64,000 bases of DNA, from positions 5,898 to 69,897 of the forward strand of contig NIVC01001636.1 in assembly GCA_002269645.1 (NCBI GenBank), given 5' to 3'. Source of the DNA: Macrostomum lignano (Eukaryota). The notes under the pieces are model-generated. The model did no database searches. It was not told the DNA's origin and saw only the letters and a program-made list of their open reading frames with translations. Shown one piece after another: positions 36,454 to 48,464 of this stretch; the first letter of the stretch is position 1, and each line of letters opens with the position of its first letter. Position numbers and translations under genes: made by a program.

Positions 36454-37669
36454 TCGGACAAATACGAATATTTTACTTTAGCAGAACGAGTCAAGAATAA
36501 GGAATCAAGAAATTAAAGCAGGGAACTTTGAAATCACGAAAATATGTGCACAAAGACAGCTTTAAACTCAATTACGATGACTAACTTAAAATTCAACGTA
36601 CATTTGTACCCCTATGTTGTTGTATCATGAAAGATAATGTACAATAATGTTTGATTCTTCATACGTCCCTATATTCTCTCTCCTCTCTTCCCCATTTTTT
36701 ACTTGCTTATACCCTTCAGCCTGCGAAACGAGCCCGAGCAGGCCTGGTCCGTTGTCTGTATTGGTCTGTGCATGCCTGCCCCCGGTCCCACGCGGACTAC
36801 CATTTTTCTTTATCATCGCGCCAGCTTACAGTGTCCGGGGTCCGAGCGCCTCCACTCAAAAGTTGGTATTCCAGCTGCTAGATCTAGATTTCCTTGGTTC
36901 AGAGAGGTGGAGAACAAGGGACGCAGAAAAAAAGCTTCTCCTACTGCCGGCTGTTCTTTTTCCAGCGAGGAAGAATCAACTCAGACAAAGAGCCCGCTAT
37001 GTTGGACCATAAAACTATAGATATCAAGTATAGGTATTATAGCTAGGTTAATATCTAGAATTATATGGTTGGAGCCGCTAGCTAAAGAAGCTATTTTGGT
37101 TTGGAAATTTCCCGTTTTCATATTGTTGCGTTTTCTTCGATACAAAAGATAAGATAGTTCGCCTGGCGGATCGGATATTTTCATTTCAAGAGTTTATACA
37201 TGTAAGGAAAGAGAAGAGCTAGAAATTGCATGCAAAGGAAGAGACGAAGAAGACAGGAAAATATACTGAGAAATTAGAGACTTAAAAGCGAAAGGCTGAA
37301 GGCCGAAAGGATTAAGAAAATGAAAAGAGGGTGAGATAGAAATGCGCAAAGAGAAAGATGGATCAATTTGCCGCGCAGAAGAGGTACAGTGCAAGAGAGT
37401 AAGAGGTGGGAGTGGTGGAGAGGGAGAAAAGATTGGGTGAAAGAATGACAATTGAAAGTGATTAGAGTTCCTACTCATTCAAAAATGCAATTTTGCTCAG
37501 TTGAAATGGCTAAAAATTCAAATAAAAAAGTAGCTATTTAAAAAAATTGTGAATCCACCAACTTGCCTTAGCCGAGTTAGCAAGGGATGATCCAAGGGCG
37601 CATTTATGGGATGCAAAAAGCGCTTGCCTCGTTCCTTGCATCCCGAATGCCCAAGTAAGTTTGGCAGGG

Positions 37670-37885
37670 GGACACAGACTTGACAAGCACTCACTAAGAT
37701 ATTCCAACGAGTACACAGAGTTCGTGAAGTATCCGCCGCACTTCGGCGAGTGAGTGCCGGTACATGATTTATCACAGCTGGTCTCGGACATATTTTTAAA
37801 CTTTCTGTAGGTATTTCCGCAGAAGCACTCCATGCCGTACTGCAGACCCATGTAGGGGAAGCCGCCAGCTGAGCAGATGCCTCCA
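37670..37885 (-). pseudogene. Inverted partial copy of WSC exon (3' half with splice donor)
   Basis: GGICSAGGFPYMGLQYGMECFCGNTYRKFKNMSETSCDKSCTGTHSPKCGGYFTNSVYSLEYL|GTGAGT, nearly identical to 40910-41103; no 5' half in frame. Confidence 0.82.
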
Positions 37886-38089
37886 AACCTGTAGTGCACT
37901 TGTGTGTGGCAAAAAAACTGGTCTCGTGGACCGTATATTTGGGCTATTATATAGACTCACTGCCGACGTGCGGCTACAGTGTTACGCAATATTTTGCGGG
38001 GCCAGTGCTAGCGCACGTTGGACAAGAGGGCAAAGCTATAGTCAGAGAAAAGCGTGAAGGCATAGAGGGGGCGTACACTACAACACCGC

Positions 38090-38340
38090 TCCGGAGTCAT
38101 GCCGCCAGTCGAAGCGCGCGCACCGGACGAACCAACAAAGTGATGGCCTGGCATAATTTCGGCGGGTCCTATTCGCATGAGTTCGAGATGCTGCTTCTGC
38201 AACAGCACCAGCATGATGGCATAAAAGATGTGGCTGCTAAAAAAAGGCAAAATCAAGCGTTGAATCGGCTTTGAAGCGACTTTGACATTTGCTAAAATTC
38301 ATCCAAACTCAAGTATTTTTCTGAAAACAGAATTTATCAG
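38090..38340. pseudogene. Chimeric junction: WSC fragment (minus, 38090-38150) abutting a FReD 3' end (plus, 38160-38340)
   Basis: GHHFVGSSGARASTGGMTPER on the minus strand; SYSHEFEMLLL plus the shared FReD 3' UTR on the plus strand. Confidence 0.7.
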
Positions 38341-38847
38341 CTCAAGCGCTCGATACGAGCGGAATGAAAATACACTGATAGTTCACTATTTCGACCGATA
38401 ATAAGATTTCATTTCGATGTGCTTTCAAATCAGTTTTCGTCAAACTGGGTCTCCTCACCATGGACAGGTAAAATTAAAATTTGAGATTTGAGACTACACT
38501 CTCAAATCTCAGTTTTTCTGCACAATGCTGCATTAATATTATTGTGCAGGTGACTCAACTAAACTTATTCCTGGAAAGAGTCGTTTCTCTGCATAGCGGT
38601 AAACGGTTTCGCCGAAGGCGTTAGGTCAGGTGGCCACAAACCACTTTTTTAAAAAGCAGAGAAGAATACGAGCTAAAAAGGAATACTGACTGTAATTTTA
38701 AGCACAATTTTTTCGACCTGTAGTGCGACCAGTTTCGACCTGGGAGGTCGACAATTTTTTCGACCACTGACGATAGGTAGCTAACCTCCGACATAAAGGT
38801 ATTGTTCGCTATTTAAAAACACTACTCATGTAGTATTCGCTACCCAT

Positions 38848-39370
38848 GTTCACCACGAAGGTCACCGGTGGAAACTGCGCAAGGATGAAAAAAGGAGCCT
38901 TCTAGTTCAACAACCCTTTCTACACCACCCGAACGGAGAGTACAAAGACGCATCTAATGTCATTGGAGGTGCTGCAGTTGGAATTTTTTGGTACCACTAC
39001 TTTGGCCTTTCGCACTCGCTGAAGGAATTCGAGATGCTGGTTCTGTAACAAAACCAGCGTGATGGCATGGAAGATGCCGCTGCTGCAACAGGCAAAATCG
39101 AGCGTTCAATCAGCTTAAAACAACTTTGACATTCCCGAAAATTTATCCAAACTGAAATATTTTGCTGCAGAGCAAAGACAGTCGTTAGATAAAGTGCCGG
39201 ATACTAATAAAAAAAAAACACGACTTCAAAATTTGGACCGATTTTAGGATTTACAATTTTTTAAATGCCCTCAAATCAGTCCCCGTCAATGCCTACTAAT
39301 GTTGGGTCTCGCCATGGACTCACCATGGACAGCTGAAGTACAAGGACTCTACAATCTCAACCTCGCAAAT
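38848..39370 (+). pseudogene. FReD 3' fragment with 3' UTR and downstream flank
   Basis: FTT...GNCARMKKGAF*FNN..HPNGEYKDASNVIGGAAVGIFWYHYFGLSHSLKEFEMLVL*; flank aligns with 4890-5180. Confidence 0.78.
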
Positions 39371-39534
39371 TTACTGAGTCTAGTTCTCTGGAAATTACTG
39401 AATTGATATAATTATGCATCTGACCTTTCTAATCTGAATCAAGAGTCGCTATTCAGCATTGCAGTAAAGGTTTCCTTCCTAGGATACAATGCAAACTTGC
39501 AAGCTTCGTTGCCATTTCCTAGGAACTTTCCTAG

Positions 39535-39750
39535 TAACTAGTGAATGAACACTTCGCAGTCTTCAAAGGTGGGACGATTGGTTATTTGCTGTTTGTGTTT
39601 ATGTATTTAGCCTGTATTAAAAACCAGCTAACAATAACAAACACAAGAACAACATAAACAGCAACTAAAGGAACAACAAGCAACAAAAACACCTAACAGT
39701 AAAGAAACAATGCATAAAAAACAGACAAACTAACGAATAAACCACTACTG
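39535..39750 (-). mobile_element. Third Helentron-like 3' end with AAC-rich repeat
   Basis: Reverse complement of ATCGTCCCACCTTTGAAGAC...TTCATTCACTAG at 39538-39580. Confidence 0.55.
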
Positions 39751-40099
39751 TTGGGTAAGGGAGGTCGAATGTGAGGGGTCACACCCCCAAATTCACCCTC
39801 ACCTCACACCCCGAATTCCCTTGACTTTGCCCTCCCGTAACCTCTACACAGATCCTTTGTAGTATGTTGAGGCTACCAGACGCAACATCCTGGCCTATAT
39901 GTATCGAAAAATGTTTCTTGTTCAGTAGCTATAATTGTGAGAAGTGAGAAGTGGCAGTTCGACAAGTAGCAAGGTTCTAGTCCAGCCGCAGACCACTTGT
40001 GAGCAATATATACAGTGACCGAAGAAACAGCCCTAACTATCGCTCGCCAGCTGCGTGCCTTTACATCACCTAACCCTGATCTAATCGATCTATTTAATC

Positions 40100-40340
40100 T
40101 GGGTCCTGTGTCAGCTCAGCGGTAACTTGTCCGACTTTCACGGAATAATCTGGTCCAATTTCGTCCGTGGCCACATTAATTTGTGGCTTTTGTAGGAAAA
40201 TTGCATGTCCGGGATTGTGGTGCTATTCAAACTCATGAGGACTAACTCTTAAGGCACAGAGAGTGTACATGCCTGATGATTAGAAAGTCAGGGCCGCTGT
40301 TACACCCTGTGTGAGCGTGTGTATGATGCGTAACTGCGTA
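40100..40340 (+). mobile_element. tRNA-derived SINE (family also at 1530-1745 and 59318-59400)
   Basis: A-box-like AGCTCAGCGGTA head and the shared body sequence. Confidence 0.5.
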
Positions 40341-40688
40341 CAGCATTGGCACAGTAAGCAGAATGGCTAGAATTGTGGGACGATTTCGCCGAAGGAGTTA
40401 GAGCAGGTGCCCACAAGCCTCCTGAAATTTTTTATCGGTATTCTAACCTGAGCTTTTTAAAAGGAATAATGTCTGCAAATTTAGGGACATTTTATCGACC
40501 ACTGACGATAGGTAGCTAACCCTCGACATGACGGTATAGTCCGCTCTTTAAAAATATTACAACGAAAGCATTTCTTCAGACTTACTTTAAGTAGAATGGA
40601 GCGGATAAAACTCGCTGCTTTGTCTATAAAACCGCGCGTAATTTACCTGATATTCCTAGAATTCACCCGAACTCTGACGAAAGGTCTG

Positions 40689-41549
40689 ATGAATTTATCC
40701 GGAATCCTGCTAAACTTTTGGTACCTCTGCCAGCTAAGTCTGATAGCGGCAGAGGCCAGGCTGTTTCGCACGAACTACATTGGCTGCTTTGAGGATTCTG
40801 GCGAGAATCGCCACCTCACAGGAATGAAGGACATTCTGACTTTTCCAGGCCATCAATTTGTTGGTTCGTCCGGTGCTCGCGCTTTGACTGGCGGCATGAC
40901 TCAGGAGCGATGTGGTGGCATCTGCTCAGATGGCGGCTTCCCCTACATGGGACTGCAATACGGCATGGAGTGCTTCTGTGGAAATACCTACGGAAAGTTT
41001 AAAAATATGTCCGAAACCAGCTGCGATAAACCATGTACCGGAAATGACTCGCCAAAGTGCGGCGGATACTTCACGAACTCTGTGTACTCGTTGGAATATC
41101 TTAGTGAGTGCTTGCCACGTCTGTGTAAGGGATTTGCGGGCTTGTGGGAAATACGAAGAAAAAGCATGGTAGATACCTTATGCTTCTTCAAGATTTCAAG
41201 ATGTGAAGTACAAAAATTTTGAACGGTAACATCAGTTTTATCACGTCAATGACGGGAGAAAAATGAATCACTTCTTGCTAAACCTAGTGCACTTCGGAAA
41301 ATACTTTGCACTCAAATTTCAGACCCGAATAACCTGTTCGTCCGAGGCACGAAAAGTAACTTTTCCGCCAGTATTCCAATGCACCGGACTGTGAGCGCCA
41401 GCGGACTGAAGGAGTGCGTCTACCTGTGCGAGACCGACTGCCAGAGCGTGCTTTTCGATGAAGAAAATCGCAATTGCCACCTTCTGAAGTTTGCCATGCT
41501 GCCGACAAGCCTGTCTAGCGTTACAGGAGAGTTCCTCTGCCGAGCTTGA
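40689..41549 (+). CDS. Secreted WSC + PAN/apple-like protein, copy 2 (2 exons: 40689-41103, 41323-41549; ~213 aa)
   Basis: TATA-like TCTATAAAA at ~40622; signal peptide; YIGCFEDS...MTQERCGGICSDGGFPYMGLQYGMECFCGN...CDKPCTGNDSPKCGG..TNSVY. Phase-1 intron A|GTGAGT...TTTCAG|AC; exon 2 ECVYLCETDCQSVLF...CHLLKF. Confidence 0.88.
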
Positions 41550-44133
41550 CAGTTTATTCACCTGAAGCTTTGAAAACTCGAGACTTTATAAAGTCTAATT
41601 GAGAAACTAAACAGTGTTTTAACTATTTAAAAGAGCTACAAGAACTAAAATATTAAGAACTGAATGACTGAAAATGATAGACTTTAATAAATGCATCTAC
41701 AAGTTTGTCACAAACAGAAATTCGTGTGCCATCAAGTTCGTAGAGTACTAGAGATTTCAGTTTAAATTGACTGAATATTCCATCTTATTGTCTCTAAATA
41801 TACTTTTACTCTTTAGAGACCATTAGGGGTTAGGTGAGTGACGAAGACCGAACGCAGAACGTGGGCACAAAGCAGTGAGCAGGGGAGCAACCCCTGGCTG
41901 TTCGACGAGTTATTTATTTGAAAGGCTGTTCGATGAGCTACGAGCGTAATATTTGAAATTGGTATTTAAGACACTAAGAATCAAAGAATGCACTACTTCG
42001 TATTTAAAAAAAAATTATGCAGGTGTGCGACACCACGAGCAGAGCACAAGTTGGGGGTTGAAAAGCTAGCCACCCCGCGACAACCCCCCAACGCAGACGC
42101 CACTCCGCCACCCCTAACACACTTTGTAAACGGCCTACTGCCGCCCACAAAGCACACTTAGGGGTTAGGCGAGTGACGAAGAGCGAACGCAGAACGTGGG
42201 CACAAAGCAGCGAGCAGGGGAGCAACCCAAAACTCCAAAAAGCAGGCGAGTCAGAGGGGAGAGGAGGCAAATGATGAACAGTAGGAGCCAAGGCAAGCAG
42301 ACATAGATCGACGGGCCACTAGGTTAACGGCACTGCCATCAGAGATGTACCGCGAAACCGCCGAGCTGCGCCAATCTCCCAGCAGTTTGATGCGGTCCAC
42401 GCTCAGCCCAGCATTGAAAGCAAACGTCGCTCCACCACGCCGGAGTGAGTGCGCCGAGAAGCTAGAAGCTTCCAGTCCGGCCTTGCAAAACAGGCGATGC
42501 AGGCGGTGGCGAACCCCCCGCTGAGTCAGAGGCCGCCAGGATCGCAGCGCTGATGAAACTGAGAATATGGGCAGACTGTGAGACGCATCAAAAACGCGAT
42601 TCAGCTGCCAGTGATGTCAAAGCGCAGCCACAGGACACAACTTAAGAGCAGCTGCTGAGCTCTGGCCCATGACCGGGAGCTGGATGGTGTGAACGCGCTC
42701 ACCGAACTGCACTGTCTTTGAACGGGCTACAAAGATGGTAACACCAGCGCGGCTGAACTTGACGTCAGATATCCTGATCGCGCTCGCTCGCCGATTGAGA
42801 CGAAGCATGCCGAACCAGCCCGTGAGCACGAGAGCCCATAGAGCAGCATCTACCGGATCTGACAGCAGCAGGTGCTGCCGAATGCGCATCAGATGCTCCG
42901 GCCGGAGTGGTTGCTTAGTGGCTGGGTTCCACGACTTGCTTAGGTCCCGTCTGATTCCTTTTAGGATGAGTGGCAGAATTGGAGCTCGCGCGACTTCGTC
43001 AAGACCGAGGCAGCAGCAATACCAGCTCAACGCTTGCACATGAAGTTGAACACTGTTGAACGAAAGTAGGCGAAGAGAGATGTCGGACAGGTAGAGAACG
43101 AGAAGCTCCACCGTGGGCTGCTCAGGTCGTTAATTTAGCCCTTGACAGAAACGACATCAGGCTCGCCAGACAGACTCGTAGGTCAGCCGTGTCGACTCCG
43201 CCAGAGACAACTCGATCAGACAAGCCGCCCGCCCCCGAAGCCGCCGCACCGCAGGGTCAGGACCTGTAAAAGCAGAAAATGGGAGGGAGCAGAGGCCAGC
43301 GCGTTGGAGGCAAATTCAAGCGGGCACACTAGCATAGTGCCATAAAAACGCATGCAAAAGTTAATGAGGCCACTCCGAGAATGAAGACGCGAAATAGGGT
43401 CAGCATAGGTTTGAAACCAGCCTGGCACATGAAAGAAGCTTTGCACAACTTTGTTTGCGAAACAGAAGAGACCAATGGTCTGAACAGTCAGATCAATCTT
43501 ATCAGCGGGCAGGCAAAGCAAACCAGAGCTCGTGTCGATGTTCACACCGAGGTAGGTGACGATCTGGGCTGGGGCGCTGCTCTTCTCCCAGTTGATGTCG
43601 AACCCGAGACGTTGGAGAAGGCCAGTTAAAAACTCATAGGCCTCTTCACACTTGGCTTTACTGTCAAAGGCAAGGCCAAAGTCATCCAAATATCCAACGA
43701 CATTGCTAAAGCCAGACCGCTGCATAATTCGGACAATCGCCTGCGAGATTCTGTGAAAAATAGACACAGAGGCAGCTGCGCCAAACATCAGCCGGGTGTC
43801 AACCAGGTAGCACGGCGAGTCGGCTCCTTTGAATTTCCATTGCAGACCGGCTGCCGGGTAGCAAGAAGGGTGAATGCCAACGGAGCGGTAGGCATGCTTG
43901 ATGTCGACTTTTGCCACAAAGCAGCCAGGACGGAGCAGACGATAAAATTCATCGATAGACTGAAAGCGGATGCGTTCCTGCTGATGGTAGTGACTGTTGA
44001 TAGAATTTCCATACGGAGCGCTGGCGTCGTGAATCAGCCGGATTGATGAGCTGCCTTTAGGGATTGCTGCCAGCGGGCTGACCTTCGTAGGCTTTGTGGA
44101 AGACTGTTCTTAGCTCTATTTTAGTTTGCTTAT

Positions 44134-47100
44134 TGACATACGCTCGTGCAATAGTCTATGGCCGCTGCGCCCAAATGCCACCTCCCTCATCCCTTCCTAA
44201 TATATAAGTGTCCTAGTTTCATAATCTTGTTACAAGCCCCGCTAGCATTAATGTGGTCCTAAAGCCAAATAAACAAGCAAAGCAAGATACGAGCTTCGTT
44301 ATTCATCAAGCACTAGAGTTGCCAGCAGAGCATCACAATGGCGTCGCAAGCACTTGGACGCATCGAACTCTCAGAACCTGAGCGCGCCCTGACATGGCTA
44401 ACAGCATTCCGTGCGCTCGCTCGAGCCAAGAAATGGAAAGATGAAGGCACCAACAGAGAAATTGCGGATAACTTTCTAGCACTATGCGGATTGCCAGCAC
44501 TTGAAAAGCTAACATCTCTGGTGGCCCCAAAGAAGATCGACGAATTGGAGTTTTCTGCAATCGAGGCCGCCATTCAAAGTTACCTTCAACCAAAGACGCG
44601 CATCACCATTGCCGAGCGAACTCGCTTCTACACCATCCGGCAACAGCACGACGAGTCTCTTCCGGATTACCTCTCGCGCCTAAGAAAGGCCGCCCAACAT
44701 TGCAAATTCGACTCGCTGAAAGAGGCAGAAAGCCCAGAAGAGGTCATGATTCAACTGGCGTTAGTCGCTGGCATGCACTGTCCCACAACACAGCAAAAAG
44801 TTCTAGAAGCTATGCAGATCAAGGAGCTGTCGGTCGAGGAAATCGTAGATTTTGTTGCCCAGATCAAGCAAGTGAAAGAGTTCGTGTCCAAACAAGCCTC
44901 CACGCCGTTCACGACCTCCCCACCAAAGGAAACTGTTCCGGAGATTCACCATGGCTCTTTGGCTACAAAGAACAACTTTACCACTCCGCACAAGATTGGA
45001 CCACGCACTGGACATTGTGGCTACTGCGGTCAAGTCCATGTTGCTGGAAAGTGTCCAGCGTTTGGAAAAACCTGCAGCAAATGCTCAAAACCAAACCACT
45101 TTGCATCAGTATGTCGATCCTCCCGACCACGCCAGCTCCACAACGTCGAGGAGCTCTCAAACGCAGACACGCCGCAACCAGATACCACGTCCCTTCTTCA
45201 CCTTGGGGACGCGGACACGATTCACGCTATCGACTCGACACTGGAAAACATAGGCATCAATGGTGCTCAAATCCCAATGCAAGTAGACACCGGTGCTGCG
45301 GTGAGGGTCATTTCAAGCACTCTCTGGGAGTCACTCCGCCGCCCGGCCCTCCAGAAGTGTCATCGCCGTCTTCAAGCCTACGATGGCCACACGCTTAAAG
45401 TCCTCGGCAAGTTATCAACCGCCATTGAGCTTCGCGGCAAGTTTCACCCTGCTGAACTGATCGTTGTACAGGCCTCTAAGACATTCGGTCTGTTAGGCCG
45501 TGACTTATTGGACTCAGCGCAAGTCCACAGCACATGCTCCACTAGCATCGGTAACAGCGTGGATGCCCTACCCGTGATTAAAGGCATCAAGGCCAAAATG
45601 GAGACCATCGCTGGTGCCACTCCGAGGTTTTGCCGTGCGCGTCCCGTGCCTGTCGCCCTGGAATCCTCCATCAACGCTGAATTGGACAGGCTGCAGCAGC
45701 TGGGCGTGATAGAACCAGTTGACGGCCCGGTGAGCAATGCTTCTCCTGTCGTCTGGGTCAAAAAGAAAGATGGAACCCTAAGGATGTGCGCTGACTACAG
45801 CGTTCACGTCAACGCAAAGATCAAGTCAGAGGACTATCCCATCCCTAGCGTGGAGCACCTATTTTCCAAACTAAAAAACGCCAAGAAGTTCGCCAAAGTA
45901 GACCTGAGGTCGGCCTATTGGCAGATAGAATTGGACGAGGCTGCTCAGGATCTCTCAATAATTAACACATCCAAAGGATTATTTCGCGTGAAAAGACTTC
46001 AGATGGGGATGAAGAATGCATCTTTTATTTTTCAGCGCGCGATGGAAAGTATTCTGTCAGACCTAAAGGGCGTTCTCATCTACCAAGACGACGTATTAGT
46101 TTTCGCCGAAAACAGTGATTCACTACAGAAAAGACTTCGTGCTGTGAAGACTAGGCTGGCAGAAAAGCATGTCACCATCAACGAAAGCAAATGCATCGAG
46201 GCGACTGATGAAATATCATTTCTGGGATTTAAAATTTCTGCTGCTGGCATCCAACCCGATGATCGATTGGTTGAGAAAATCCGCAGCATCGCACAACCTA
46301 AAGACAAGAAGGAGCTGGAACGATTTGTTGGTCTAATAAACTTCTTTGGAAGGCTAGTACCCAATTTCTCTGGAAAGATCCAGCCGCTAAATCGACTGCG
46401 CAGAGCGGACGCCAACTTTCAGTGGACAGCTGAGTGTGACCGAGCCTTCAGACAACTCAAGACGGAGATTGCCTCTCAACCCATAGTCCAGCCATACTCA
46501 TTAGAAAAGGAACTCACTCTTACCACAGATGCCTCCAAGGGAGCACTTGCAGGAGTGGTCACGCAAGATGGCCATCCAGTGATCTATATTTCTCGGTGTC
46601 TTTCTACTGCCGAACAAAACTATTCGAACATAGAGCGAGAAGCCCTTGCCGTTTTTTGGGCAGTCAGCCGGCTGAAGCACTATTTACTGGGCCGCCACTT
46701 TACAATACAGACGGATCATAAGCCTCTCGAACAGCTCTTCGGCCAGTCTCGCGGGGTGCCGCTGAACACCTCCGCTCGCATTAGCAGATGGGCACTCGCG
46801 ATGATGCACCTTGACTACACCATACGCTATATACCAGGAGAGAAGATTCCACATGCCGATGCGCTTTCTCGCCTACGCTTCACTGACTCATCTAACGATT
46901 CGGCGGAAGTCTGCGAAGCCATTGATTGCGTTGCCTTCGAGCCGTCTGTCATTTCCAGGAACCGGGTTGCCGCAGAGCTAGAGTTGGATGAGCTCATAAA
47001 AAAAGTGATGCACCGAGTTCGCTCGGGAAACTGGGCTGGCTGTTCTCAGGCTGAGAAACCATTCCAGGCCGTATCGCAATGCCTAACTATCGAGGACGGC

Positions 47101-48464
47101 TTACTGTTCAAGGGTCGCCAGGTCTACATTCCGCCAAGACTGCGGAAAGAAGCTTTTCGTGCAGCGCATGACACTCACTCTGGGTCTCTGGCGACACTCA
47201 ACTTCATGAGCTTGTCCTGCTGGTGGCCTGGAATGCGCGCTGACATCGAGCGATTTGTCAGCCAGTGTGATGTATGCAACAGGCTGCGGCCCAGATTGGG
47301 GAAGACCAGAGACACCTGGCCATCGACTGAATACCCGTTTCAAAAGCTTCACGTTGACTGGGCGTACGTAAAGAATGTTGGAAACATCCTGATAGCAGTC
47401 GACTCTCACTCTGGTTGGATCGAGGCCTTTCCCTGTAAAGATCGATCCACAGACCAGATCATTAAATGCCTCAGAACTGTTTTCACACGCTTTGGTGTGC
47501 CTGAACTTTTAGTTTCGGACAATGCTCCGGAGTTCGTCAGCGATTCACTGAGGAGCTGGCTGCACCAAAATGGCATAAAGAAGATGGAATCCCCAACTTA
47601 TTATCCCCAGGCCAATGGATCGGCTGAGCGAGCAGTCCAGACAGTCAAACGAGCTCTGCGGGCCTGGAACGAACGAACCACCCACGCTGAATTTGTTCCC
47701 TATCTACAGCGATTGCTGTTTCATCACCGAAACTCATCTACGTGTAGGGGCAAGACGCCAGCTGAGATTGTTTTCGGACGCCAACTACGCGCTCCTGTAG
47801 TCTCCACGTTCAACCAAGGCGAGCGCGTTCTGTATCAGCCAACTTCGGACGTTCCACCCTCCACTGTCGAATACGTGATGAACCGAGGACGCAACACGGC
47901 CTTCGTGTTGGACGGAGCGAACTGCGTTTGGCAAGCGACAACCAACTTGCTCCACTGCCACACGACGATGAAGAATCAATGGCAGGAGATCCCGCAGACA
48001 CGGAGGCAGGGAACCCCAGCGACAATTCGAACCAAGGCGCGCAAGAACAAGAAGCAGGTGGAATTCGCCGTAGCACCCGGATGCGTCGCCAACCAGACCG
48101 CTACTCCTCATGACTGCTAAAAAACGCATTAGCTACACATTACGAGTAACCAAAATGAAACCTGACACGCTGAATTTGAATTAGTTATCTGTTGAGTTCC
48201 TAACATAAAGTTTACATTGTTCGGAGACATAGTTCAACTCTTTCCTTCTGGAGGGAGACATGACATACGCTCGTGCAATAGTCTATGGCCGCTGCGCCCA
48301 AATGCCACCTCCCTCATCCCTTCCTAATATATAAGTGTCCTAGTTTCATAATCTTGTTACAAGCCCCGCTAGCATTAATGTGGTCCTAAAGCCAAATAAA
48401 CAAGCAAAGCAAGATACGAGCTTCGTTATTCATCAAGCACTAGAGTTGCCAGCAGAGCATCACA
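44134..48464 (+). mobile_element. Full-length Ty3/gypsy (Mag-like) LTR retrotransposon, 4331 bp
   Basis: Identical 204-bp LTRs 44134-44337 and 48261-48464 (TG...CA); 5-bp TSD CTTAT; PBS-like TGGCGTCGC at 44339; PPT GGAGGGAGA at ~48250. Confidence 0.96.
44338..48120 (+). CDS. gag-pol polyprotein (gag with zinc knuckles, protease, RT, RNase H, integrase)
   Basis: CGYCGQVH..GKCPAFGKTCSKCSKPNHFASVC; QVDTGAAV; YQDDVLV; TTDASKG; HDTH...CDVC; HVDW/SDNAPEF/NGSAER. The natural C-terminus (RRSTRMRRQPDRYSS, ORF 47928-48113) is offset by one base near 47915. Confidence 0.93.
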   Translation: MASQALGRIELSEPERALTWLTAFRALARAKKWKDEGTNREIADNFLALCGLPALEKLTSLVAPKKIDELEFSAIEAAIQSYLQPKTRITIAERTRFYTIRQQHDESLPDYLSRLRKAAQHCKFDSLKEAESPEEVMIQLALVAGMHCPTTQQKVLEAMQIKELSVEEIVDFVAQIKQVKEFVSKQASTPFTTSPPKETVPEIHHGSLATKNNFTTPHKIGPRTGHCGYCGQVHVAGKCPAFGKTCSKCSKPNHFASVCRSSRPRQLHNVEELSNADTPQPDTTSLLHLGDADTIHAIDSTLENIGINGAQIPMQVDTGAAVRVISSTLWESLRRPALQKCHRRLQAYDGHTLKVLGKLSTAIELRGKFHPAELIVVQASKTFGLLGRDLLDSAQVHSTCSTSIGNSVDALPVIKGIKAKMETIAGATPRFCRARPVPVALESSINAELDRLQQLGVIEPVDGPVSNASPVVWVKKKDGTLRMCADYSVHVNAKIKSEDYPIPSVEHLFSKLKNAKKFAKVDLRSAYWQIELDEAAQDLSIINTSKGLFRVKRLQMGMKNASFIFQRAMESILSDLKGVLIYQDDVLVFAENSDSLQKRLRAVKTRLAEKHVTINESKCIEATDEISFLGFKISAAGIQPDDRLVEKIRSIAQPKDKKELERFVGLINFFGRLVPNFSGKIQPLNRLRRADANFQWTAECDRAFRQLKTEIASQPIVQPYSLEKELTLTTDASKGALAGVVTQDGHPVIYISRCLSTAEQNYSNIEREALAVFWAVSRLKHYLLGRHFTIQTDHKPLEQLFGQSRGVPLNTSARISRWALAMMHLDYTIRYIPGEKIPHADALSRLRFTDSSNDSAEVCEAIDCVAFEPSVISRNRVAAELELDELIKKVMHRVRSGNWAGCSQAEKPFQAVSQCLTIEDGLLFKGRQVYIPPRLRKEAFRAAHDTHSGSLATLNFMSLSCWWPGMRADIERFVSQCDVCNRLRPRLGKTRDTWPSTEYPFQKLHVDWAYVKNVGNILIAVDSHSGWIEAFPCKDRSTDQIIKCLRTVFTRFGVPELLVSDNAPEFVSDSLRSWLHQNGIKKMESPTYYPQANGSAERAVQTVKRALRAWNERTTHAEFVPYLQRLLFHHRNSSTCRGKTPAEIVFGRQLRAPVVSTFNQGERVLYQPTSDVPPSTVEYVMNRGRNTAFVLDGANCVWQATTNLLHCHTTMKNQWQEIPQTRRQGTPATIRTKARKNKKQVEFAVAPGCVANQTATPHDC

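Noticed and set aside
36600-36900. Possible solo LTR or 3' LTR of the decayed gypsy element
   Set aside because: No matching second LTR or TSD identified in the window.
40596-40688. N-terminal extension MERIKLAALS... of WSC-PAN copy 2
   Set aside because: Overlaps a TATA-like box; the signal peptide begins at the ATG at 40689.
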